A DNA stretch of 64,000 nucleotides from Neoechinorhynchus agilis (Eukaryota > Animalia > Acanthocephala). The notes below the pieces were generated by a model. The model was not told the DNA's origin, ran no database searches, and saw only the letters and a program-made list of their open reading frames with translations. Position numbers and translations under genes: made by a program. Location: assembly GCA_051530055.1 (NCBI GenBank), contig CM121343.1, positions 1,520,389 through 1,584,388 of the forward strand, given 5' to 3'. Shown piece after piece: positions 50,035-63,107 of this stretch. Position 1 is the stretch's first letter. Each line of letters starts with the position of its first letter.

Positions 50035-51700
50035 AAAACCGAAAACCCAATGTGATGTGTTCTTTACATGCGGGGAAAGTTGTTTAAAAAGCAAAATTCG
50101 GTTAGAGTAGCATAATTTTAGCTTTATTATTGAAAATAATCACCTTTCTTTGTGCCATTGCACACCTTACTTTTTTCGCTGCAAGATCTTCCTTACAAAT
50201 CCTTACAAGAGACTTTCTCAAGACGATTCAATGTTTCAAGTTTTGTTTCTATGCCTTGAAGACGTTAAGATTCCTTTTTGACTTAAAAGCCACCACAGAT
50301 TATAAATAAGAAAACGGAACGTATTTACAGTGGAACGAGTCATTTATCCGCGAATTAATCAGGAACGGACATCGTTCGGATACGAGAGCTTTCGGAAAAC
50401 CGAAAACCCAATGTGATGTGTTCTTTACATGCGGGGAAAGTTGTTTAAAAAGCAAAATTCGGTTAGAGTAGCATAATTTTAGCTTTATTATTGAAAATAA
50501 TCACCTTTCTTTGTGCCATTGCACACCTTCCTTTTTTCGCTGCAAGATCTTCCTTATAAATCCTTACAAGGGACTTTCTCAAGACGATTCAATGTTTCAA
50601 GTTTTGTTTCTATGCCTTGAAGACGTTAAGATTCCTTTTTGACTTAAAAGCGATCACAGATTATAAGAAAAAGAAACGTATTTACAGTGGAACGAGTCAT
50701 TTATCCGCGAATTAATCAGGAACGGACATCGTTCGGATACGAGAGCTTTCGGAAAACCGAAAACCCAATGTGATGTGTTCTTTACATGCGGGGAAAGTTG
50801 TTTAAAAAGCAAAATTCGGTTAGAGTAGCATAATTTTAGCTTTATTATTGAAAATAATCACCTTTCTTTGTGCCGTTGCACACCTTACTTTTTTCGCTGC
50901 AAGATCTTCCTTACAAATCCTTACAAGAGACTTTCTCAAGATGATTCAATGTTTCAAGTTTTGTTTCTATGCCTTGAAGACGTTAAGATTCCTTTTTGAC
51001 TTAAAAGCCATCACAGATTATAAATAAGAAAACGGAACGTATTTACAGTGGAACGAGTCATTTATCCGCGAATTAATCAGGAACGGACATCGTTCGGATA
51101 CGAGAGCTTTCGGAAAACCGAAAACCCAATGTGATGTGTTCTTTACATGCGGGGAAAGTGATTTAAAAAGCAAAATTCGGTTAGAGTAGCATAATTTTAG
51201 CTTTATTATTGAAAATAATCACCTTTCTTTGTGCCATTGCACACCTTCCTTTTTTCGCTGCAAGATCGTATAAATCCTTACAAGAGACTTTCTCAAGACG
51301 ATTCAATGTTTCAAGTTTTGTTTTTATGCCTTGAAGACGTTAAGATTCCTTTTTGACTTAAAAGCGATCACAGATTATAAGAAAAAGAAACGTATTTACG
51401 GTGGAACGGGTCATTTATCCGCGAATTAATCAGGAACGAACATCGTTCGGATACGAGAGCTTTCGGAAAACCGAAACCCCAATGTGATGTGTTCTTTACA
51501 TGCGGGGATAGTTGCTTAAAAAGCAAAATTCGGTTAGAGTAGCATAATTTTAGCTTTATTATTGAAAATAATCACCTTTCTTTGTGCCACTGCACACCTT
51601 CCTTTTTTCGCTGCAAGATCTTATAAATCCTTACAAGGGACTCTCTCAAGACGATTCAATGCTTTAAGTTTTGTTTCTATGTCTTAAAGACGTTGCGCGT
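50035..51700 (-). repeat. Second array of the 356-bp family, inverted (about 4.7 units)
   Basis: Reverse complement of the 30160-33253 units, e.g. GGAAAACCGAAAACCCAATGTGATGTG. Confidence 0.95.
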
Positions 51701-52090
51701 CCCGTTCGACTTTGCAGCCATGACAATTGAAAAATTATAAAAGAATAATTATTATGCTAAATTAGGTCTAATATCCCATTTTCGAATCACGAATTTCCTT
51801 ATAGAGTTTTGCACTTTTGACCTCATGCGAAACCACCTTAAAACTTTTTGCGGCAGTAAAACGCACTTTTATAAAGTTCATGTAGTTGACAAAAATATAT
51901 CTGCATAATTAACGTGTTGATAATCTACGTTTCACGGTATTATTAATTGCCCGGGGAAATTCTTGGGGAGTATAGAGTCGAATATGTGATGATCATAATC
52001 GAGGATAAAACGTATTTTATGTGATTCTTCGCAAAATATATTGATCGAATCAAATATGTTTTTCTCTTGATTATAATCTTCATAAAGCTC

Positions 52091-52286
52091 ATACTTTGTT
52101 TTGGCAGAAAATTGAAACAATTCATTGAATCCGAAATTTCGGCAGACCTGCGTGCCTTTATCGAGGTTGTTATTCGCAAGATTCGCAAATGCTAATAATA
52201 CACTTAAACAACTTTGATAATAGCACGCAGGTCTACCGAAATTTCGGATTCAATTAATTGTTTCAATTTTTCGCCATAACAACGTA
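52091..52286. mobile_element. Fold-back MITE-like element
   Basis: AAAATTGAAACAATTCATTGAATCCGAAATTTCGGCAGACCTGCGTGC versus GCACGCAGGTCTACCGAAATTTCGGATTCAATTAATTGTTTCAATTTT, with arms extending on both sides. Confidence 0.7.
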
Positions 52287-54795
52287 TTAAAAGTTCAATC
52301 TTATACAAAACTTTGAAGCTAGCGTGTTTTGCTGTTATTAATGGTATTTGTTTCATACTTATTATTTCATTCGTTTCCTAGAGTTTTTGAGAACGTTACA
52401 CTTCTCAGCTGCCTTTTTGTTCATCGGGAAGGTGATTCACTTTATCTTTAGGTTTTTATATTATAAAGATTCAGTCATTTTGAGCCGTTAATCTTTATTA
52501 TAATCGCAAAACTCCGAATGAAGATATTTTAACGTTTTGTGAAGTTCCCATGAGATTATTTGATCTTGTTTTTTCAAACCAAAGATTTAGTAATCCATAT
52601 AAACGCAATGGCCACTATATAACAAATCAATTACTGAACGGGATACTACTGAGGGATTTTTGAGATAAATCCAAAACTATGTTTCATCTCTTCTGCTCGA
52701 CTCAATAGCAAAATGTAGCTTGGAGCTGTTTACTTTTGAGTAGCTCTTTAAACCAAGAACCAATGAACTTGATCGTTTTGAGTGCCACCAAGCTCTGTTC
52801 TATTTTCTCTGAGACTTCATTGACCGGAAACAAAAATTAAATACTAACTGTTCTTATCTCTCGGTCTTAGTGACTTTCATAGAGGCTCAGGACTGCACGT
52901 CTATACATCATGAGAAAAATCATAACTTTATTCGTTGAATTACAAATTTAATAATAGAAATAATTGAAGTGAGTGACAGATCGGGCAACTGAGAAAATAA
53001 CTTTTACTTGTAATGATAAACGTATTTACTCCATTAACACTGCTTGTTAAATTCAAGATTTAATCCATGATTATTGGTATGGATTGGTATGCTCGTGTTC
53101 GATTATTAGGTTTGATTGGAGAAATCATTGATTTTGGCGCTCACACGAGTAAATAAAATCTTTAGTCTTTCTAAGGCTTGGCTTATCAGTCCTATTTCTG
53201 TTAGTAACTTCAACATTCCGATTAATCACTCTGCAACATGCATTTCCCTCAATGGCAGTTTATCGAAATCAGTTCAACTTTTGATAGCTTAATCATTAAA
53301 TCGATGAAACTTAAGATGCAAAATGTCCATGATATCCTGGTGAAATATAATAAAATGGACGTTAAGCTATCTTTTGCGGTTCCATGTTCTTTATCGATGC
53401 GACTTAATGGCCTACTTATCGACACGCATTATTAGCGATAATTAAAAAGTGTAAAGCTAAACGCACAGCTCTTGGACCGAAACCGGCGCCATAAAAAGGC
53501 AGTGAGTGTACTCAATGAACTGGGTTTCATTAATAGCAGCAATTTAAGTTTAAAGTGAACGATCAAATATTGTTAAGTTCACTGACAAAAAAGATACATT
53601 GGAATGCAGTGCAGTCGAAGGTGATTATACGCAAAACGAGTGTAATCACGACAATTCTGGATGGAAACCTTATATCCTTACAAAATAGTGTGAGCATTTT
53701 GGTTCCGAGGGAATGGATCAACTTGTTGCCTAAACACAGTGCTCTTTGGCAAAACAAGTCTACAGGAAAAACGTCGGATGATATTAGAATTTAATTTTCT
53801 TTAAGTTGTATGTAAATGTAAACGGTTACGACGCGAGTATAAAACGAACTTTTTCGTCGAAATTTGGTCTTTCTTAATTTTATTATTTTTTCGATGAACA
53901 ACCACATAACTAACAAATCCGTAAGTCGCGCTCTCCTATTTGACACTCGATTATTCCGACATGACTGAACTTTGTGATTAAAAATTCTTAAGAGAAGTCT
54001 TATGGTGATATTCCATTGTTTCCAGAGACCGATTATATATGTAAAGCGAGTTGAAATTACTCCCCTTTGACATCTTGAAATTGTTGACTCTTCGGGAGAA
54101 GAAGGGAGATAACATGATTACTCGACTGTTATTTGCGTTAATTTTTCGTCGTACTTTATTCCATGTCAGTCGGGATGATAATACACTAGTCCATTATTGA
54201 GGAAATTTGGTTTAGTTCCCATAAAAGATAGATCTTCTGATACCGAAATTAAGTTAAGCTTATTCATTGTTTCTAGAAATAACGACTGTTTAGAAGTGCA
54301 TCAAGGAGCTCTGTTGCAACAATCAATGCAAAAAGTCATTCAAGTAAAGTACGCACAATTGACAAAGACTAAACCAATAGCGAATTCATATAGATGGTAA
54401 GGAAATGAGAATGGTTAAGAAAATGAGGATTGATGAAAATTTAGGGCGAAATAGAGCCTATATACTCTTCCACTTTACCCATTGGAATTTTTTTCGATTG
54501 TGGTATGTTTGATATCTTCAAGTAGTTGTTGAAGACTGTGTATATGTCCTTTTGCTATTTGAAAGCGTGAAAGAGGTGTGATTATTGCATTCTAGGATTG
54601 TAAATCCGTTTTTGTTATATCGTAAGCGATCGTGCTGACTGGCAATTGGTTTGCATGATATCATTAGAGATACTTGGGCAAAAGGCCTAGAATTCGCTTT
54701 CTTTTGCTAGATATCTTCAGACAAAAACCCACTTCCAGCAACGGGCTTTAACGCTTTGCTAACTAACAGCAGAGCAACAAGCGAACGCAATATCA

Positions 54796-55368
54796 ATGGG
54801 TTTAAAGCAATCCAAGGAGATCATCGACGATCATAATGAGATCAGCTCTCTCGTCAAAAAAACTGGTTTGGAAGAGGACGTCCTTTCCGCATGGAAAAAG
54901 CAGTTCTATAGAGATTGTCCAAGTGGCAAGATGGGGAAGCGAGACTTTTTTAAGTTCTATAAGTCACTTCGTACTGAACCGGATGGAAAAATCAAGCGTC
55001 TTGCAAACTTCATCTTCAAGGCTTTTGATCGAGACGATAGTGGATATATTGATTTCAAAGAATTCATCGAAGGCTATGCCATTACTTCAATGGGAGACGA
55101 GCGCTCCAAGCTTGAATATATCTTCGCATTATATGACCAAGACAAAAATAATACAATCGATAAGCGAGAAGTCACGGTGGTACTTGAGAGGATCTATGAT
55201 CTTATGTCCATAGATCGGGAGCTATTTCCTCCCGCTATATTTGTTGAGCAAATTTTCTCGGAACTTGGAGACAGCACAAACAAGAAGGTAATTTCAAAGG
55301 AGGAATTCATAAACGGTTGCCTTAAAAACCCAACGTTTATTGAAAAGCTATCACCTTTTAATGTTTAA
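54796..55368 (+). CDS. Neuronal calcium sensor (recoverin/neurocalcin/frequenin family), intronless
   Basis: MG..QSK myristoylation-type start, DCPSG (inactive EF1), EF2 DRDDSGYIDFKE and EF3 DQDKNNTIDKRE; 190 aa. Confidence 0.85.
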   Translation: MGLKQSKEIIDDHNEISSLVKKTGLEEDVLSAWKKQFYRDCPSGKMGKRDFFKFYKSLRTEPDGKIKRLANFIFKAFDRDDSGYIDFKEFIEGYAITSMGDERSKLEYIFALYDQDKNNTIDKREVTVVLERIYDLMSIDRELFPPAIFVEQIFSELGDSTNKKVISKEEFINGCLKNPTFIEKLSPFNV

Positions 55369-55946
55369 AATCACTTATGGATACACGGGTGTGTGGAGTT
55401 GATTATCTATTTGAAGATCGATTCAATTTTACCTGCATGCTGGAAAGTCGTCTTTCTGCATTAAAATAGCTGAATTATACGCTACCTTTTGTTTCAGAGT
55501 GGGCGCCCAAAAAGTGCTCAATAAATCACTAATCTACACCACCCGTAGACCAAGATCTTTTATTGCGCTGTAAAATATCGATAAAAATTCCTGATATTGC
55601 ATATGATTGTTAAATCATGTTCTCTCGAATTAAAAGCAAACACTGCATTCCCTGCTGAATGCTTGTTGGCCACACTAATATTGAGGCTAAACAAATTTAC
55701 GAGATCAGATTATAGACTTTTGCTTTTGACGGATCCGGTGCAGAGCCCACAATAATTCGCTTTCACTATCCTAGAATGCGATAGCGATACATGCAAGAAT
55801 ATAATCGTGACAATATTCTCCGTTTGTTTTATTTAAGCTGCAGTAAATCATGTTGTAAAGAAATTATTTATTATAGTTTCAATTTTTTTTAAACCTGTAT
55901 AATTTTTGAAATTCAATCAATCTTCATTTCTCGAGAATTAACACAC

Positions 55947-56110
55947 TCACCACCTCCCGCCGAATTCCAGCTTTTGTCCTTCCTCGACCGTCGCCATCAC
56001 GCTGGCAGCATTGCCCCGTTGTATTGCCAGCGAGATATTTTGTCGAAGGAATACGCCTGCTCTTGAGTCTCCGGTTGCCTCTCTCAATTTCTTCGAGAGA
56101 TCCTGGAGCA
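55947..56110 (-). mobile_element. Short 5'-truncated CRE-like 3' fragment
   Basis: Shares TCTCTCAATTTCTTCGAGAGATCCTGGAGCAG with the 2919 copy. Minus strand gives FLRQNISLAIQRGNAASV. Confidence 0.7.
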
Positions 56111-56126
56111 GAGAGAGTGCCGAATC

Positions 56127-56240
56127 CAGAAATAGATTTATCTTGGAGTCACACCAACTAACACATTTAAAAACTTACAAGCAATTGACTGAAGAAGGCC
56201 AACGAAAAGGCCGAAAACTTTCAAGATAAATCTATTTCTG
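56127..56240 (+). ncRNA. Second hairpin/hammerhead family (HH-B), core 56189-56220
   Basis: A perfect 19-bp inverted repeat CAGAAATAGATTTATCTTG (56127-56145 / 56222-56240) surrounds CTGAAGA-A-GGCC-aacgaaaa-GGCC-GAAA-AC-TT. A 4-bp stem I (TTGA/TCAA) flanks the core. Confidence 0.5.
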
Positions 56241-56587
56241 AATCAAGCATTGCAAATTGAAACTGAAAGTAACTCATGTATATCGGCGAACTTTTTTTCG
56301 CCTCAGTTGAGTAATATCCGGAGGGTTAGTTTGTGGCAACGTAGGTATTGGCAATAAACTTTGAGCAGTATCGGTTTCCTCGTAAAAACACATTAAAATC
56401 GAACAATACTGGTCCAATGAACTCGGTACACGAATATCTCCATCTCGCTGTATAAAGTCCCATGAGGCAATAAAGAGACGGATCTTTAGATGTCTCTGAA
56501 TGCTTAAACTTCCGATATCGTCTTTTGCGAAGCGGTAACCCATAGCAATGCTGTTTAAGTTGAATCGTATTTCCATCGAAAAGATAA

Positions 56588-58230
56588 ATGTGCTTGTTAG
56601 CAATTTTGATAGCTAATCTTCCATTGTACGTACTTGGCTATTTTGAAATTCTACAGAAAGATGAGGACAAGATTATGAACGTATTTGTGCATCGTGGACA
56701 AGAGCTAAGACTCTACCACATTGAAAATATAATGGAGTCAAAGAGAGATCCGAATAGAGCATTTCAGTGGATTCGATTGCCATCGGAGGAATTGGCTCGA
56801 TTATCCGAAGGGGCATCCAAACAGGGCAAACCAGGAACATTATCGCTTGTAGAATCGAGCGTTCAAGCTGGATGGACTATACCAATCTTTCTTGATCCAT
56901 AAAGATAGTCTTGTTTTGAAAAAGAAAGACTGGGGTATTAGGCAGTTTCAGAGGTTTGCTAAAATTGAAGTACGAGAAATAAAATTGCACCGTCCAATTA
57001 TACATGAAGATGCTGGATTCTACGCTTTAGTTTGTTCGAATGAAAAACGAATGAACGTTATAAAGACCGTTCTAATAGTCGTGGTTCATGAGTTGTCAAT
57101 CTCTTCAACTTCATCGGCGATTACTAGAGCGGGCCAAGATAGTATAATTGATACGAACGTGTTTTGTACGCTAAATTATGAGGCCGGCGGACGAGATATC
57201 GGACATCTTGTACAACTTTCAATACATTTAGACGATGGAGATGAAGAAGATTATAATGTTCCGGTTCGTACAAACATCGTTACCATGATGCCTGGCATTT
57301 TAAAACTTAGATCTTTCTATAGGAGTCTAACCGATCTTCAAAATTCTATATTCTGTCGATTGTATCCACGAGATTGGAATCCGACGGTAAGTAGCGGACG
57401 AATATCTGTTGCCAAAATAGCAGGCGGTGCATTTAAGGACCAGGACAATAAAATTGAGACAATATTTACATTACCGGGCGAAAATGTTTCTTTAAAGTGC
57501 AACGCGATGTGCAATCCGGCTGCCAATTTGTATGAGTGGATCGTTGATGGTTCATTTTATTCTCATGTAGAGGAATGCGATCAATAAGATCGGGTGTCTT
57601 TAATGATTCTTTAACTGACAATACTCCATATATTTGATCTTTTAAATTTCATTTTAAGAGTTATACCTATTGATAAACGATGAGTAAGTTGATGAAATCA
57701 TAGGACGTTGCTTATTTGTCCCAGCCAAGGTTTTGCAATTTCTTTGAGTGCACTGAAGCAAAAAAAGGAAAATGTCTAAGTAGACATTCACGAGCTCAAT
57801 TTGTCGGGTTTTATTTTTCATTTCGCCCAATTATTGAAAGTTCTTTTAAGTTTCCTTTATATCATTTCGTTACATATATAACAATGGATTCTATGGCTTC
57901 CCCTTTTCATAATTTCTTGTCAAATTTTCAATGTCTTATAAATCGCGATTTGTAAGAGATGGGAGCGATTCAATTCAGATAGCATCCGGAAATCATACTG
58001 TTTCATGCACAGCGATTCACTTAAAGGATGACATGAAGATGGCCGAATCTGAGATTCAATTCAGAGTTCGTGGTTATTCAGCTTCTCTTTTAAGTGGTGT
58101 TTCCATGATTAATAAATTTGGAGTAGTATCCATATTATGCCTATTTATGGGTTCCGCTATGTACTTCATGAAGAAGTCCGTTTTCCGGCAGCCGACTGAT
58201 GAGCGTGGCATTATAGCTATTCAAGTTTGA
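56588..58230 (+). CDS. Type I membrane protein with Ig-like domain(s); one apparent frameshift near 56890
   Basis: Signal-like MCLLAILIANLPLYVLG, Ig motif GENVSLKCNAMCNPAANLYEWIVDG...HTVSCTA and TM FGVVSILCLFMGSAMYF. An intron runs from GTAGAG at about 57567 to an acceptor near 57979. Confidence 0.55.
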
Positions 58231-59782
58231 TAAATTCTAAATAAAAGTTTTTGTAGATGATTTTTAGACTTATGATGTGTAAAATGCCGCTTGTGAATCA
58301 TTCACAAAAACGCTATAAAGTCTTCCATTGAAAACAATTCAAGGATAATGTGAACCAAACATTGAATGCTGCGGATAATACATGCATTCCTCACTAGTTG
58401 AGATTTGTTACTCACTGAATGATTATGACCGAGTTTCAGACTCGCAAGAGCTCGGTATAACAACAAGTCGAATTGAACGCTTAACGTAGTAAAATAAAAA
58501 ATTCGGCTGTACTCAAAGCACTAAGTGATTTAATCGAGGCGAAAATCACTTATTTTAATTAGATATCATGCAACGTTTTGTAATGGAAAGCTAGAAGCGA
58601 TTCCCAATGTTAGGAAGCTGAAAACGATTCGAAGGCCACATTTTTGAAAAACCCCGATAAACTTTCAAACGCTCCAAATAATTTAGCGACACCCCGAAGA
58701 CAATCAACTACTTTGTATGTAATTTCTTAGCGGGTGCATATCCTCAAATATCGAATCTTTGGTTGAAATCATTTATGCAGAATTGGAAGCCTTTACGCTT
58801 AATCTTCAAATTAGTATCAGATAGCTAATTCTTGGTATCACTTACGATCATCACGGTTACATTTTCATATCCAAAAGCATCACCTTTCTTGTCTTTAAAA
58901 ATCAGTGCACAATGTTATGATAATGAAAATGTAAGATCTTCTTTCCAGATGATCCAAAAAAATACATGAAAAATCGTCGAAATTTTGTAGTATAAATTAC
59001 TATAAATTTAACATTACTTACATGAGATTTCTCCAAATTGAAGGGCAGCCAAAAAAATTCAATAACGTTGTTGCTAATAAGTGGAACACGGCGACTGTGT
59101 TGCAACATTGAGCGTAAAATCACAGCTAATCGCATTCTCCTTTCGTTAGCAATCTCAAGGGACGAAAAGATATGTTTTACCGTTGATTTATCGAATGCTG
59201 AAAGGTTATTAAGAGTCCATGTTTATCCGTGGATATCGGAACTGGAACTAAATTGATTTAAATGTACATTGATTTGTGGCATATTGAAGTTCGACACGAC
59301 CCAATGGTACGAATAAACGATCAACAATTTGGAATTTCGTTTAAGTATATATGACTAGATTTTGAAATAAAAATATCGTTAGTTGTATTTTGGAGGTTGA
59401 AGACGGGTCTAGCCGATTCGCATGAACGATCCATTGGAACGATAAGATTAGTTCAACAAATATGAGAAACGGCTTATAAAGTATGCACGAAGACAGCCGA
59501 AATCGCTAGGCATCGTTGTCGACCTTCATCTACTTCCGACTCCGTCATCCACTCAAAATTTCCGGATCCGTTATCCGCTCGAAATTCAGGTGATCACAAG
59601 GACCCAGAGGTACATGGTTCCCCTTCTTTAACAAAATGTGTTATTATCACAATGTCGTTAAACTAATCGAAAGTCGGACTCAAAGTTTTTATCGGTCAAA
59701 TATCGAAATTAGTTCATCGTATTTGTGGCTAGCCGGTTATATTGTGAATGTATTTGAAGTTTTCCTACATTACTTATTTATA

Positions 59783-59880
59783 GGGCACACAACCCACCGA
59801 TATGGTTCAAGGAAGCACACAAAATCGCTTAATGCCCTAAACCACAGGGTCATGAGTTTGTACATCCCTTTGGATCCTCG
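59783..59880 (+). mobile_element. LINE AP-endonuclease fragment homologous to 23741-23836
   Basis: GHTTHRYGSRKHTKSLNALNHRVMSLYIPLDP versus GHKTH*FGSGKHIKSLNTLNHTVTSLYIPPDP. Confidence 0.5.
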
Positions 59881-61039
59881 CAGTTTTATTCCTCCCTATT
59901 TTTTGAATTTCGATGACACATTTATCAGTATGGATGAACTATCCTGAATGTGCCTCATTCAAAGCAATTTTCGCAAATACCGCAATGCTGGTTTGATATT
60001 GGAATGACGAGATATAACAGTTCAATTTTATGCACAAAACTTGGGAAAATAGAGGACTATTGGACTACTTTAAAACGCCACTAGTGCTCTTTTTTAAAAT
60101 TCCTCGCAGAACCAAATCCATCTTCTAAATTACCACAATTCAAATTTTTTTTTGTTCATGCTAATCGGCTAAATGATCAAAATAGTATTTTCAACCCTGA
60201 TAGATCTCGTTATGCAAAGATTTTTCTTCAGTCTATTGAAAATTGTGAATAGTAGTTGAAGTTACAAACAATAAAGCTATCGTGTACAGAACTCGTATCG
60301 GAATGAATTGATTTACTATGAACATTTTAATCACTACACGGCTATTCTCGGATAGCATTGGACGAATATGGCTACATAAATTCAAACGTATACAAATGGA
60401 GAGCAAATTGAAATATTACGCATTCGCCCTATAAGTGACTTGATCTCTTTACATCAGCGTAAAAGCTGCAGGTCCATACACTGCGGTCCCTTCGTCGATA
60501 TAAGATTTATCTTCCTAAGACAGTAGGAAAAGACATCGCACGTAAGGAAGCTAATTTTTACACCTAACGCGCACCAGTGCACCTTCATCGTTGCTATTTT
60601 CGATTTAGAAAATCCTACCTCTGATAGCAGTATTTGTTCATTCGTAAGTAAAAATTGATCATTTTTTTTATTCAAGCGTTGTCTCGGATTAACAACCGAA
60701 CGAGATATAACTGTTTTTTTCCGTATGTGTCGTTGCCGGGTATGTAGGCAGCAACAGCAGCAACAGCAGCAGCTTTAGATACCAGAGTAATGTTCAGCCT
60801 GCCTTGGTGGTTTCCTAGTAAATAACGAGTTGTTGCATGTCTATGTAAGATCGGAGGAAATACGAATGCTATCTAACAATCTCTAAGAACCAAGGAACGC
60901 TGCAGCCGCGGAAACATGCTCCATTTATCCTTGTCAGTCATAAATAAAAATTCGGCAAAACGGGAAATTACATAACGACTAAAACAACTTATTTGATGCT
61001 ATACTTTTAGAGTCTTTTCGCAATTGACTCATATACAAA

Positions 61040-62952
61040 ATGGCAGCGATGAAAAATGTGCTCTGTTCTTATTACCAACAACACTACAGGCAGCAACCAG
61101 TTCAGTCTTATAATACCAGGAATCAATCTCAGTTGGTAAACTGTTGCACGGCAACTAAGAAAATATCACCGAATCTCATACAAACGAAAAATGAGTCAGA
61201 TGATGTTAAATTCACTGCAAATATCATATATCGATCAGCACTACAAATCGCCTGTGGAAACCGAGTTACAGAACAGTTTCAACCCACGGCGGTAACAAAA
61301 CCGGTCGTAAAAACAAACCTCGATCGATGTAAATCTTATATGTTCTGGAAACCGCTCCAAAGCTCCGTAAATACGAACAAATTAAGATCTAGAGGAGATT
61401 TTAATGATGCTCGTAATGCCAGTGCAGCCCTAAAGGGATATTTTAGTGACACCGAACACCTTTCAGACCGACGGCTACAAGTTTCCAGCGGAATAAACAA
61501 AATAGGTGCAATGACGCAAATTCGAAAACCATTTGCCAATAAATGGCCTATTGTCGATGGAAGCAACACTTCAAGATGTACAAGAGGTGGAACTACTGAA
61601 CGTATACCTTATAGTAATTCATCATCGTATTCGAGATTAAGTCAAATCCGACAATACTCGGGCAATCCTTATGGTAAGAGTACAAGCATGCCAAAAGAAA
61701 CAAATCTCACCTAAAATAGTTTAAAGATCATCACTTCACGATATTAATATTCTTCAAATTTAAAAAAGGCATTTTGCTGTTGCAGGTTTCATTAAAAGCA
61801 AATGTTTGAGAGATATTTCTACGCTTTTCGTTCAAAGTATCACCCTTTGTCCTATGCTATTGGCGTTATCTTCAGCCGCAAACATGAAGTTAATGAACTC
61901 AGCTAACGTTACTACTCAACTCACCATAAATCGCATACCAAATAAAAGGTTTCGGTCAAAAGCAGTTCCCGTCACAGTACTGTTTGAAGCCATACCGCAG
62001 TCAATGTTAGCGGTTAGCCATCTCTGGGGTTTACAAACGCAGCTATAATGAAGTTTAGATTTAATTGGAAAAATTTTAAAGATTCGGCGCATATTAAGGC
62101 GCACTGTAATTCAAAATTTTACCTTAGCTTTTAAAATATTTTGACTATTTCGTAACGCAGAAAATTTACTGGCACTGTACGTCCTCGTGAGCAAAAAAAT
62201 AAGGAAAGGCTCACTTACAATTTTCCTTAGAAAGTCAAATTAACGAGCGTTAAATCAACACAGGAATTCAAGCCTATGATCATTTTTCGTAGTTACAGAA
62301 GTCGAGAAGATTAACATCGGCGTTTACTTTTAGATCGAAATTATTGCGATTCAAACTTCAATGTCAAAGTTGGCAGCAAATATGTAAGCAATCAGAACAG
62401 ATCAATGGTGCGTACGCAGTATCCGGCGGCCATAGGAACCACAACTACAATGCAGTCCTATAACCAAAGGGTGCGGTCAGATATGAAAAGTGCATATAGT
62501 GAGTTTTCTTCAACGGGCTTTGAGTACCGAATTTGTAACAGGCAGTGTCCCAGCATATACCCAAGGTCAACAAAAGAATTTCTCTTGTAATACGGGAGCA
62601 TGGACTCAATCTGCTGTTCATTGCACTAGCTATCGAAAACCGGCACCCTCTGAATATTGTTCGGCGTATTTTAACGATCAACGAAAAAATGCCACTAAAC
62701 AAATATCCGATAAGCCACTTTTGAATGATCCAAGTAGCAGAAATCGCAGGGCGACTTCCAATCCAATAATTTTAAAGGTATGTAGGAAATTGTCGTAGTG
62801 CCTTACAGTCCTTCAGTGTTCTAGACGATTGAACCGCGAGTGAAATATTCTCTGCTCAATTCTAGAGCTCGTCAATATAACAACGGCAACTCTGTATCGG
62901 AGGATGAGGCATCACGTTCATTCTATAACACGCAATATAATGGAGGCACAAG
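61040..62952 (+). CDS. Unknown S/T/Q/N-rich multi-exon protein; 3' end unresolved
   Basis: A 224-codon ORF with a GTAAG donor near 61674. Downstream exons are joined in frame by GT-AG introns of 43 nt (62499-62541) and 47 nt (62778-62824). No domain recognised. Confidence 0.5.
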
Positions 62953-63107
62953 TTAGTATAGCTATATTTGATTCAAATGGGACTAAAATTTTTGAGAGAA
63001 ATTCTATAAGAAATATCCTTTGGTTACCCTAAGACACCTGATTTTTCACTTGAGCATCAAAAATGGCCATCGTAGTACTTTTAAATATCCTAAAAAATAC
63101 TTAAAAG

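Noticed and set aside
10880-51700. Tandem arrays as CRISPR arrays
   Set aside because: There are no unique spacers and no cas genes, the units are 126-356 bp, and the context is eukaryotic.
60748-60773. (CAG/CAA)n tract
   Set aside because: It is short and not assignable to a coding frame; an ordinary microsatellite.
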